NCBI GenBank assembly: GCA_002269645.1
Contig: NIVC01001828.1
Span: 37,397 to 101,396, forward strand
Length of the DNA: 64,000 bases
Reading direction: 5' to 3'
Origin: Macrostomum lignano
Lineage: Eukaryota
The translations under genes were made by a program, and so were the position numbers. Position 1 is the stretch's first letter; every line of letters begins with the position of its first letter. Of the stretch, positions 23,401 to 34,240 are shown piece by piece. The notes beneath the pieces are model-generated. The model ran no database searches and was not told the DNA's origin. It worked only from the letters and a program-made list of their open reading frames with translations.

Positions 23401-26400
23401 GGTTAGAGTTGGGCCGTCTGACACCCCCCTCCCCCCCCCTACCATAGTGGACTGGAGAGAAAGAAGCACATGCTATCGCTATTGGCTAGCCTGTCGTTCT
23501 CTTTCTCTTTACCTTCTGTCTTGTGTAGCGTACACTATCCAATGCACAAGGCCCAACTTTCCACTAAAGGAAGGTTCATATAGTCCGCCCATGGGCTTCC
23601 TCTTGCTTTCGCGTACACTCAAGGCCACTCACTCTCAACACCAGCCACTAGAGGCTTGTTTTAAATAATCGATCGATAATATTAAATGTACACTTGAAAG
23701 CTTGCTTTGGATCCTAGCAGAAGGGGGAGAAAGTGGCCAAGGCCACCACACCCCACAAGGCAGGCAGGCCGGCCCGAGTGCGATAACGAATGACAAAAAA
23801 ATAGAAAAGTACAATTTACACATCAACTTTCAATACAATAAATACAATAATAGGTACGGTATTAATGACAGTGTATTTTCGCACAAAGTAGCTACGTTCA
23901 AACCACCAGCACGTAAACAGCTAAAATTTCACTGTTTATGAAATTTTATAAAATTTAACACATCATTTTAGATATTGAAAACTTTTAAAGGAGGGTATTA
24001 CTGTTGCATGTGACTATAAAATCGTGGTAGGTATAGCTGATGATGAAACTGGTGATTGGTATCTAGCTTTTTTGATAACTTAGCCGGTTAGACCCCGAAA
24101 TAGCTATTGTAATTTGTAACGCTGGAGCCAAATACAAATACAATGGAGCAATTAGTTTCTCTCAAATCTGTCTCTGCCAGTGCCAGTTTAGTCCATAGTA
24201 AGTAACCAAAGTAAAATACCCATTAGTGGTCCCGTTTCTAATGTTTATAAATATTAAGCTTCAGTTTACTTTTGGCACAGTATGCAATTTTGAAAATTCA
24301 CCCTAATAACGGTTTGCACCAGCAGGAAAGCAACTATTTTGTTGTTGGAAATCGGATTAAGCAGTCAAAAGAGTGTATTTCTATGAAAAAAGGTACTTTT
24401 TTTCCATTTTTTCAAATATTTAAACAGGTTTCGCTCTTTCAATAAAAAAATCATCGCAGTACCTTAAAGTACAGTTAGTTTGGAATTAGATGACGGCGTT
24501 GAATTGTTTCTTCCATATTCCAAAAATTATAATGAGCACTTTTCCTCAAATCAGTTTGAGATCATGATTTTTAGTCTTTCGTCGATAACTTTCTGATTTC
24601 AAATGTTTAAGAATTGAAAACTTCCACACTTGTGTATCTTTGAATTGCGCATCAATTGGTGCATAGTATGTATGCTTAACTATTAGCAGTATAGAAAAAA
24701 ATGCAAAAAACTGTAAAAGTACATTTTCAATTTTTGCATTTTTTGCAACCAAAGTGCCAACTTTTTGATACAATTGAAAAAAACAACCCAATAATGTTAT
24801 GCATCTTAGTAAGGCGCACCTATAACCCTCGAACATTTTTAGCTCGAGTTTTAATGTGCATGAGGAAATGCACTTTTGTAAAGACATAATCTTAAGACAA
24901 ACATTTCAACTGAAGCCTGTTCCTTTTCTCCGCAGTGAATCCATACAAAACTATACTCGTTAAATAGATCAGATTCTTCTCTTTAAAATGACACCTCACT
25001 TGTGAAATTCGCACTTGTAGTTTTGAAGTTACAGCAGTTTTTGTGAGATTTTTCTTGTCATTTTTTCGATGCACACGTCTCATATTATTATATTCGTCAC
25101 AAGCCAGACCACCCAATGCGCTTCGCGCATTGGCTGGCTGTTTGTTCCTCATGCTCGGCACTTTGTGCCTCGCGCGTTCGCTCCGCTCACCCCACAAACC
25201 CAGAAACCCAGAAGGTAATACCGTACCTATTATTGTATTTATTGTATTGAAAGTTGATGTGTAAATTGTACTTTTCTATTTTTTTGTCATTCGTTATCGC
25301 ACTCGGGCCGGCCTGCCTGCCTTGTGGGGTGTGGTGGCCTTGGCCACTTTCTCCCCCTTCTGCTAGGATCCAAAGCAAGCTTTCAAGTGTACATTTAATA
25401 TTATCGATCGATTATTTAAAACAAGCCTCTAGTGGCTGGTGTTGAGAGTGAGTGGCCTTGAGTGTACGCGAAAGCAAGAGGAAGCCCATGGGCGGACTAT
25501 ATGAACCTTCCTTTAGTGGAAAGTTGGGCCTTGTGCATTGGATAGTGTACGCTACACAAGACAGAAGGTAAAGAGAAAGAGAAAGACAGGCTAGCCAATA
25601 GCGATAGCATGTGCTTCTTTCTCTCCAGTCCACTATGGTAGGGGGGGGGAGGGGGGTGTCAGACGGCCCAACTCTAACCCCCATACCCAAAACAGCGTAC
25701 ATGTAGAATAAGAAGGGATTGGGTCCAGATAAGTCTTCCCAAATGTACATGTATGTACAAAGACAAACACAGACAAGAAAAATGGCTCTAAAAACCATTG
25801 TTATTGTTACACTGTGTGTCTATTTTTATTAACTTGACTTTGACTTGTCTTTACTCTAGCATGGTCAAGGATAATTACTGTTACTTCATACCTAATTTAC
25901 AATTAATTGCATAAGATTAAGAAGGAATAATACAATCGAGGTCGAACCCATGATCACTTGACCCACCCACCCATGATCACTTCTGATTCTGACCTACATG
26001 TATCTACTATATCCTGCCAGTTTCTCCAGTTTTATGGGTCTTGGTGTCGGTGATTCGAGCAATTCCATTACATTTTATCGGTGCAGTGCGTCTATTAATG
26101 CTTAGCTACTTGTATATGTGTTGCAGAACTTATGCTCGTAGTTTCCCTTCTAGGGATGTTGACCCCGGGAGTGCTCCCGGGGAGCTTGTCGGGGAATACT
26201 CTCCGGGGAATTTAACCGGGGACCCTGGGGAGAAAAAATATGAAAAAATGCATTTGTAACTTAATTTTTGCCATTAAAATAAGAAACTGATTCACAGAAA
26301 GCTGATTGAAACTCTGTCTATGCTCTTTTACCGCATAATTGCTTATTTCAATGCATTACATGTATTTGAAACACAACACACGTTTGATTGTTTTTTCACT

Positions 26401-27145
26401 AATAAGTCATTCAATCAAGCAAATTGCACGTAGAAAAGAAACCCGTCAGGAAAAAGAAGCCTTACTGACTAGTGACTGCTGTGTTGGTCTGCGTTGACGG
26501 CTTGACGCAGGCGCAGCGCTGCGTCATGCGTCAGGCACTGACGCATAGGGGGGTGTCATACATATACTCCCTATTAGACAAGGACAAAATGGTGATTTAC
26601 ATATATATGCAAGAAATAAAATTCCGATTATAAAAACAGTCTCATTCATTAATTATCCTCTCACGAGCGTAGCTGTTTAGCATGCATTCCAACAAATGCA
26701 CTTTTCCGATAAAGGTGCGCGCACGATTTCGTGATGCCACATTGTCAAATACAGTTTAAAAAAACATTGTTTAAAATTTTTACCCCTGCGCCTTGAACAT
26801 GTAGTACAAAGCTTAAATCAAAGTTTAAAAAATTCCACTTACAATCTAAGTGATCCGCCGTTTTTACTTATTTTTTCTTTTCACCGGGGTCCCCGATAAG
26901 ATAATTCCCTGGGGAATCGACATCCCTAATTCCCTTCCTATAAATCATTTGACGTTAGAGACATTTTACAACTCTCGCCCTACTTTATCTATTAGGCTAA
27001 CTTTATGTATGACACGACGCAAAATATTAGGAGCATCAGCGTTAATAATGCCTTGAAAGTCTTTAAATAATCGATACAACACTAGGTATTATAAAATTCC
27101 AACCCCAAAGCTCACTGGGGCGAAGACTTTGTCTTCATTAACTAG
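20478..27145 (+). mobile_element. Non-autonomous Helentron/Helitron2-like element (~3.3 kb; outer copy 20478-21936 + 25216-27145), interrupted by an inverted copy of itself
   Basis: 5' TT-cccagtgagct (20478-20490); 3' agctcactggg (27109-27119), then hairpin gaagac-ttt-gtcttc, then CTAG (27142-27145). No credible ORF. The superfamily assignment rests on terminal architecture only. Confidence 0.6.
21934..25202 (-). mobile_element. Inner, inverted, 5'-truncated copy of the same element
   Basis: 21934-23864 is the reverse complement of 25216-27145, and 23802-25202 is the reverse complement of ~20536-21936. The mirrored ORFs in the track are near-identical. Confidence 0.85.
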
Positions 27146-27473
27146 TTCTCTTCTCTTCGAGTACCCGTATGGAGTTCCATTTTAATTTAATAGAAGCTAG
27201 GAGTGCTGTGCCCCCAGCAAAATGCTTTCTAAAAATACTCATGCGGGTAAAGAAAACTTGGATAGGTAGCTGCTACACCTGCTTCAGCTAATACGAGTGA
27301 CAATTGAGAGTGAACAACATTGGCTAGACACAAATCCAAAGTGCACTTGTGTGCAGACATGCAATTCAACATAATTGATGCCTTCGCCCCCCTGCACACC
27401 CTGTGTGAGCGTGTTGGCGCGCTTGTATAGTGCTTAGGAGCCAGAGGAATGGACAAGAACTTAGCCTTCCTGC

Positions 27474-27474
<1 letters not shown>

Positions 27475-27518
<44 letters not shown>

Positions 27519-27526
27519 TATTATTA
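27475..27526. repeat. (ATT)n microsatellite
   Basis: Direct reading. Confidence 0.95.
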
Positions 27527-29131
27527 ATATGGGTGGTTCCATTCAAGGGCTGTCCTGCTTTTGAAGATACTTAGATTCAATAGCCGCACAACATGTTATG
27601 AAGTCACATTTGGACTGTAAATCAAAATTCTATAGCATTAATTTGGTGTCAAACACAAGACGCCTTCATAGATAAACGTGATTACATTTGCATACACACG
27701 AATACACATGAAACTCAAAATTGAATTGTTTGCCTTTTTGCGTGGGGAATTCGCACATGTATAGTAAGAGCATTTGCAGGCGCAAGATTACAAGATTAGC
27801 TTTGGCGTGGACCTTGGACCTTAGTCAGAAAGCACACAAAGATCTGTTAATGGTACTGTTATTTAATTAAACTTGACAATTGTTAATGTGAGTAGTAATC
27901 ATACTGATATTTCACTTAATATTATCGAGTGTATCATATTTTGCTTGTTTACCTTCTCTGTTTGTATTTTTCCGACCAAGGACCAAACGTATGCCAGTTT
28001 CTAATGATTTACTGGAAAAAATGAAAAAACTCTATATTCTAATGAATGTTAACGAGAATTTGGGCCTCCCAGTGTAATACCTGAACCTCAAAACCGTGGA
28101 CAACTTAAGTAAGAGCATGCTGCACTCGATTTTCTTAGAAATGAGATGGTAATGAACGTTAGAGAACACATACAGCGCTGAATGGGGTCCTGCCATAGAC
28201 TATTTATCTTTGTCCAGAGCTGGCAGTCCTGTGACGACACTTCGATGATTTAATGAAACTCAACTTTCTCCGATTTCACAGCTTAATCCAACTCTAGCCA
28301 TAGCTCTCCACTCTCCCCTTAACAGCCTAAGCTAAGGCTTTGTGACGAAAATTACATCGCCTTGCATTGCATTGAGAAGAGGACAGAGGTCAAAGCAGCA
28401 AAGCGTGGTACAAAGCAGCCCTGTAATCTATGGCACAATACACAGGTGTGAATGAGGTGTCTGATAGTAGACTAGGGTTATGGTTTAGGATATAGGATTA
28501 ATTTAGCTTTGGGATATGGTCGTCAGTTAGTTGTCGTAGGCCCTCTTGATAATACAACAGACCAAGCCGCACAGCCAATAGTCATTAACACCAGCATTTA
28601 CTGGGCGAGCGCGGTACTATAACTGTATTAGTGCATTGACTAAACGGCTGCAATAGAAGTTGGGAATTTAATGATGTAGCAGAGAATTGCAGCTGCAAAG
28701 TGGCCCGGAGGGATGCATTTAATGTAGAGACTGTCTGTGAGACTGACAATTTCACAATTTTTATTCAACCCGTTTAGGCTGCAGAGGTTGGTAGAGTAAT
28801 TAGCACACAGAGTCGGCAGCCAAATTTATGGTAATATTGCAAACTACACTCGACACCGTAACATCTATCGAATATATTTTATTGTTAGTCAATTATTTCT
28901 GTAAAAGAAATAGAAATGGCTGACCACGAAAAAAGGCTAATGGACAACGGAAATTGCGATTTGTAAAACTAAAAACACAATAGGCAGTAAGTAGGATCAT
29001 AGTAGTACGAAAGGCACACAATAAAACCAGAAAGAACTGCCAAATAATAACATTGCGCCTGTAAAAAGGGACTGCCACTACTAATAGCAGTAAAGAGCGT
29101 CAAATGTTCCAATTAAAACAAATTAGCTTTT

Positions 29132-29674
29132 CTAGCAGAAGCCGCGATTAATAACTCTGGCGCCGAGGCAGGAGGCGATGCAAGAGTTCAGGTAGGTGTT
29201 GCGCGCGCTGCTACCGGAAGCGTAGGCGCACACGGGATCGTAGTTGCTGGGGCAGTTGCAGTTGCCGCCGGCATTGCGATTGTTATAGTTATTGTAGTTG
29301 TACCTGTACTGGTTGTAGTTGCGGTAGTTGCTCCGGTAGTTGCGGTAGTAGTTCCGGTAGTTGCGGTAGTAGTTCCGGTAGTTGTAAGGGTTCCGGTTGT
29401 TATAGATATTGTAGTTATAGCGACTGCGGCTCCAATAGTTTGGATAGCTGCCGCTTCTGGTGGCGCCGCTGGTTGTGCCGCAAAATCCGTAGGTAAAAGA
29501 GTTGTAGCCGTTGCACTGGGCGTAACAAGAATTTGCGTAGGTTTGGCCGTTGGCGCACACGGGCTGGTAGCCGGCGCTGGCGCACTGGCTGCAGGACACC
29601 TGGCCATTGGCGAGATGGCTGGCAGCGGCGGCTAGCAGGACCACAGCCAGAGAGAGTGCGGAGCTGGAGCGCAT
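29132..29674 (-). CDS. Secreted protein with two Kazal-type domains and a Tyr/Arg/Asn-rich linker (180 aa, single exon)
   Basis: ATG at 29674; signal-peptide-like MRSSSALSLAVVLLAAAASHLANG; Kazal-like CSQCASAGYQPVCANGQTYANSCYAQC...FC and CNCPSNYDPVC...TYLNSCIASC...FC; TAG at 29134-29132. Confidence 0.85.
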   Translation of the reverse strand: MRSSSALSLAVVLLAAAASHLANGQVSCSQCASAGYQPVCANGQTYANSCYAQCNGYNSFTYGFCGTTSGATRSGSYPNYWSRSRYNYNIYNNRNPYNYRNYYRNYRNYYRNYRSNYRNYNQYRYNYNNYNNRNAGGNCNCPSNYDPVCAYASGSSARNTYLNSCIASCLGARVINRGFC

Positions 29675-30549
29675 CTTCAAATCAGCAATTAACTACCGGG
29701 CAGACTACCTGCGAAATTACCTGTCCTGTGGCGATAACCTTATGGGCTGATTAACTGAGCTGATTAAATACATCTGCATGGGTGGGGTGGGTGGCGCCGG
29801 TTCTGCCTGCGCGCAACGTGCCAATAATTGATTGGCTGGCTGATCTTAAAGTTAGTCGGTTGGTTTACATCATTGTACAGTGCCATTGTTACTCTCACTA
29901 CCCCCTCACTCTTATCTAATCTCATTCTCTGCCCCCCTTTTCTGACTAAACGAGAGCTTAGCCTGTGTTATGCGTAGTACGAGTATCAAAGATAAACGTT
30001 AATTGCCACTTTGCAATCGATGAAAACTTGTTTAAATCGGTTTTTACCAAATATAACAAAGATCACACCAAAGATAACAATATAGGACAGCGTGCACAAA
30101 CAGCCTGACTGGATGATTAATTATTGCTTGCTTAACTTTAAAAGTACACCAGGTAACATTGAGCTACTATCTAGCCAAACTACGAGCGTAGCTTATTCTC
30201 CAGTGTAGCGCACCTTCTCAGCTTGGCATTTCTTTAATAGGTCTTAAAGTTAGAAGTTGTTATTATTGAATTGAAAATTAGGCTTAAATTTGGCATAATA
30301 TTTTCAGCACGCTGTTTATACCCAAAACGTTTAATTATAATTACGAGATAAAGAAGAATTTCGTCCTACAGGTCTGCCGATGACAAGTGAATGTCGAATA
30401 CTCGTTAGCAGTTATCTATAATATTGTATCATTGCTTTGTTTTAAAGTTCCTTGTGTAATAGAATATGTAAGATATTGCCAGTTAGTGCTCTGGTGCATG
30501 TACACTGTCACTACCACTGAGTAGGATCATTTGTAATTGCCGGTAATGA

Positions 30550-31650
30550 GTCATTGTCAGCTATAGTCAGGGTGTCATTGGTCATCTATGTCAGGGGTGT
30601 CATTGGTCATCTATAGTCAGTGTTAGCATTGGTCAGCTATAGTCAGGGGTGTCATTGGTCATCTATGTCAGTGTTGGCATTGGTCAGCTATAGTCAGGGG
30701 TGTCATTGCTCATCTATGTCAGGGGTTTCATTGGTCATCTATAGTCAGGGGTGTCATTGGTCATCTATAGTCAGGGGTGTCATTGGTCATCTATAGTCAG
30801 GGGTGTCATTGGTCAGCTATAGTCAGGGGTTTCATTGGTCAGCTATGTCAGTGGTTTCATTGGTCATCTATGTCAGGGGTTTCATTGGTCATCTATAGTC
30901 AGGGTGTAATTGGTCATCTATAGTCAGTGTTGGCATTGGTCAGCTATAGTCAGGAGTGTCATTGGTCATCTATGTCAGGGGTGTCATTGGTCAGCTATAG
31001 TCAGGGTGTCATTGGTCAGCTATAGTCAGGGGTGTCATTGGTCATCTATAGTCAGGGGTGTCATTGGTCATCTATAGTCAGGGGTGTCATTGGTCATCTA
31101 TAGTCAGGGGTGTCATTGGTCATCTATAGTCAGGGGTGTCATTGGTCATCTATAGTCAAGGGTGTCATTGGTCATTTATAGTCAGGGGTGTCATTGTTCA
31201 TCTATAGTCAGTGTTGGCATTGGTCAGCTATAGTCAGGGGTGTCATTGGCCATCTATAGTCAGGGGTGTCATTGGTCATCTATGCTAGGGGTGTCATTGG
31301 TCATCTATAGTCAGGGGTGTCATTGGTCATCTATGCCAGGGGTGTCATTGGTCATCTATAGTCAAGGGTGTCATTGGTCATTTATAGTCAGGGGTGTCAT
31401 TGTTCATCTATAGTCAGTGTTGGCATTGGTCATCTATGCTAGGGGTGTCATTGGTCATCTATAGTCAGGGGTGTCATTGGTCATCTATGCCAGGGGTGTC
31501 ATTGGTCATCTATAATCAGTGTTGGCATTGGTCAGCTATGGTCAGTGTTGGCATTGGTCATCTATAGTCAGGGGTGTCATTGGTCATCTATGTCAGGAGT
31601 GTCATTGGTCGGTCATTTATAGTCAGGGGTGTCATTGGTCAGCTATATTA
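30550..31650. repeat. 26-bp minisatellite (ggtcatctatagtcaggggtgtcatt), ~40 copies
   Basis: Period 26 (tatagtcagg at 31021 and 31047). Confidence 0.95.
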
Positions 31651-32231
31651 GTCAGCTTTCCGATACAACACGATCCTATTTCAGATCAGACCGATTGCAT
31701 GCAAGTATCGCATCATTTCAAAGGATCTGGTATTCTATTGTTATTTAATAATTCAAAAGTAAAAAAACGGTTTTGCATCTTGAAGTTAGAATGACAAATT
31801 CAATGAGTTTCACATAAATTTTCCACAAAATTACGTAATATTTCGTATGGCACTTAAGCCTCAAATTACAGCTCACACCTGTCTGGAAAAGAGTAATTTG
31901 TTGTGCGTTTCATATGCCTATAATTATTGCTTGAGCAATAAGCTGCTTCTCGCAATAGTTCTCAGCCAGATCAATCCAGTGCTCCCTTGGCGCACACAGT
32001 CCACAGTGCACTGTATTGTTTGCAGTAGCATGCAATAGCGGCTCCGATTCAAAGTGGAACGTACCGCTAAAAACCTATTCTTTAGGGCTGCTTAGTGCAG
32101 ACTTTACAGAATATAAATAATATTAATTGTTTGGAAGATATTGGCTATGTAGAATGTTTTTCTTATTCTCGTGTATTACTATGAAATTTGCATGCAACAA
32201 GCCATGGATAACTAAAGTACATTTATTTGTA

Positions 32232-32512
32232 GGAGGGGTTGTAGCCTAGTGGTTAGAGCGTTGGACTCACTATAGAAATGTCAGGGGTTCGATGCTCGAC
32301 CCACCTTGAGCAAGACACTTAACTCTGCATTGCCTCAGTTCACCCAGCTGTAAAATGGGTGCCAGCATTAGCTGGGGTAATTGAGGGTGTGTGGCGACCC
32401 CCCAGTCATTGGACTGAACAGCCGTACGCAGCCTTCAGATGCGCCGTGCAATAGCTGCGGCTGAGCTGTCGGTTGCACATCTGGCCATTATAGGTGTAAT
32501 AAAAAACAGGCA
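32232..32512 (+). mobile_element. tRNA-derived CORE-type SINE, complete copy
   Basis: A box tagcctagtgg (32242-32252); B box ggttcgatgc (32286-32295); ccttgagcaagacacttaactctgcattgcctcagttcacccagctgtaaaatggg resembles the recalled MIR CORE domain; A-rich tail. Confidence 0.8.
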
Positions 32513-33139
32513 GATTGTGAAAATTATGCTGTTGGTTGCAAGCCGCATCAGCAAGATTGGATCGGAGCATTTCCGATTTTTTTAACACTATAAACTCGCC
32601 ATTTTAAGCGGCTCCTAAAAGAACTTCAGATTAGCAATGCCATCTGGCAAAACTTTTAACATAGACATTTAAGCACTCAAAACCGACTATTGAGTGCTTA
32701 AATGTCTCAATTAATCACCGCTTTCTACGGTGAGAACAAAAACTAAAATAACGGAAAACTGACATGCTGCTGGCTTGAAAAAACTACTTATCAGACTTGT
32801 TCAGTAGTGCCTGACGGATCTTACGAAGTCAGACTTTCTGAAACCATATTTTCTTGTCCTGTGCTAGTCCGCTTAGCGAATTCAGAGGACACAGCGCGGG
32901 AAAAAAATTCCTGTCATGCCATGTTCCGATCGAATGAACTGCACGATGAATCCCAGCTTGCGAGGGCATGATAATACCATTGGGAATCGTCTAAACATGC
33001 ACATGGAAGAGACACTCGCACAAATCCATATTGCCTTGGTTTGCTCTGAGGCGTGCCTTTGAGCAGACCAGCTTTAGTACCCCCGGGGGGTTGGTTTTGG
33101 GCTCTCGCTAAATTTTTTTGGTCGAATTTTTGCTGAATC

Positions 33140-34195
33140 ATGTCTGACTCTGTTAAAGTTCTACGTGAGAGGCTACAAGGTCTAGGCTTGCCAACGCATG
33201 GCAATAAAGGTGAACTGATAGAACGCCTATCTCAGCATTGTCAAACACTGGCCTCTGAACTGCAAAGCGAAGAAGCGGAGGCATCAGATCAGTACGAGAG
33301 CGGCGCGAGATCAACGGCAGAAAAAGGAAACGAGGCGGCCGAGCTTCAGAGCGACGCGGGGGCAGCGGCGGCAACTGGAGGCCTAGGGTCTGGCGCGGCT
33401 GGCGGCCTGGAGGACCAACTGCGGGAAGCGGAGCAGCGGATCCGCCTGCTGAAGCTGCGAAAAGAGGAGGCTCTGCTCCAGGCGGAGGTCAGCCAGCTCC
33501 AGCAACAGCCGGCCACCTCAGATCTCCCTGGTGAGTTCTTCGATGCCTTTATGTCGGAGGAGGCGCATACGAGGAAGCAGGAGATAGGGCTTAGAAAAGG
33601 CAGTCCCTACCGCATCCCTGAGTTTATCAGTAAGCGTAAGCAGCAGGACGCTGGTGTCACGCAGTCCGTGGACAGGTCGGGGAAGGTGGTCTTCAAGGTG
33701 AAGGAGGCTGCAGTGGAGACGTTGACGATGGGAGACTGGATAGCTGGCAATGCGCGCATCATGTTGAGAATGCTAGATGATGGCAGACTGGTGAAGCGAG
33801 GGGATGGTGGCTGCCCGGATGTGTCGGAGCTTCGCGACTACCTGCGCTACACTGTCCGCATCGGTGAGCTGTTCGACCTCGGGTTCGAGAAGGCGCGGGT
33901 GCTGAGATTTGACGATGAGTGCCGGCTTGGCGACTCGCCTGGTGCTACTTGGGAGGCGCGTGGTTCAGACATCGGCCTGGTGGCCACATATTTGATGGCG
34001 CCACAGAAGGGCGAGGTCGCTGCGGAGAGACCGGGTAGGCGGAGCCAGGGCATCTGTTTCGATTTCAACAAGGAGGCTGGGTGCAGCAGAAGGAACTGCC
34101 GGTTTGCTCATCGGTGCCGACGATGCGGTCAAGGCCATTCGGAAGCGGCCGTGCACGGGGGCCCGGGTGCGGAAGCAGGAGGCCCTCGACACTGA
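33140..34195 (+). CDS. Retrotransposon ORF1 (gag-like): N-terminal SAP domain, coiled coil, C-terminal CCCH zinc finger
   Basis: VKVLRERLQGLGLPTHGNKGELIERL fits the SAP pattern; ICFDFNKEAGCSRRNCRFAHRCRRCGQGH. Confidence 0.85.
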   Translation: MSDSVKVLRERLQGLGLPTHGNKGELIERLSQHCQTLASELQSEEAEASDQYESGARSTAEKGNEAAELQSDAGAAAATGGLGSGAAGGLEDQLREAEQRIRLLKLRKEEALLQAEVSQLQQQPATSDLPGEFFDAFMSEEAHTRKQEIGLRKGSPYRIPEFISKRKQQDAGVTQSVDRSGKVVFKVKEAAVETLTMGDWIAGNARIMLRMLDDGRLVKRGDGGCPDVSELRDYLRYTVRIGELFDLGFEKARVLRFDDECRLGDSPGATWEARGSDIGLVATYLMAPQKGEVAAERPGRRSQGICFDFNKEAGCSRRNCRFAHRCRRCGQGHSEAAVHGGPGAEAGGPRH

Positions 34196-34240
34196 CTGAA
34201 CGGCGGTGAAGTTTTTAATTCCCGGATTTTATCTACCGAT

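Noticed and set aside
20484-27056. Mirrored ORFs (60-128 aa) in the inverted structure as genes or a transposase
   Set aside because: AT-rich, with no Rep/helicase/DDE or other motifs; their duplication simply reflects the DNA inversion.
30550-31650. This and other regular arrays as CRISPR
   Set aside because: Units are head-to-tail with no unique spacers, there are no cas genes, and the context is eukaryotic and spliced.
32232-32305. tRNA genes here and at 11745-11817, 57150-57225 and 63345-63415
   Set aside because: A and B boxes are present, but I could not fold a complete cloverleaf and each continues into a shared repeat body; these are SINE heads.
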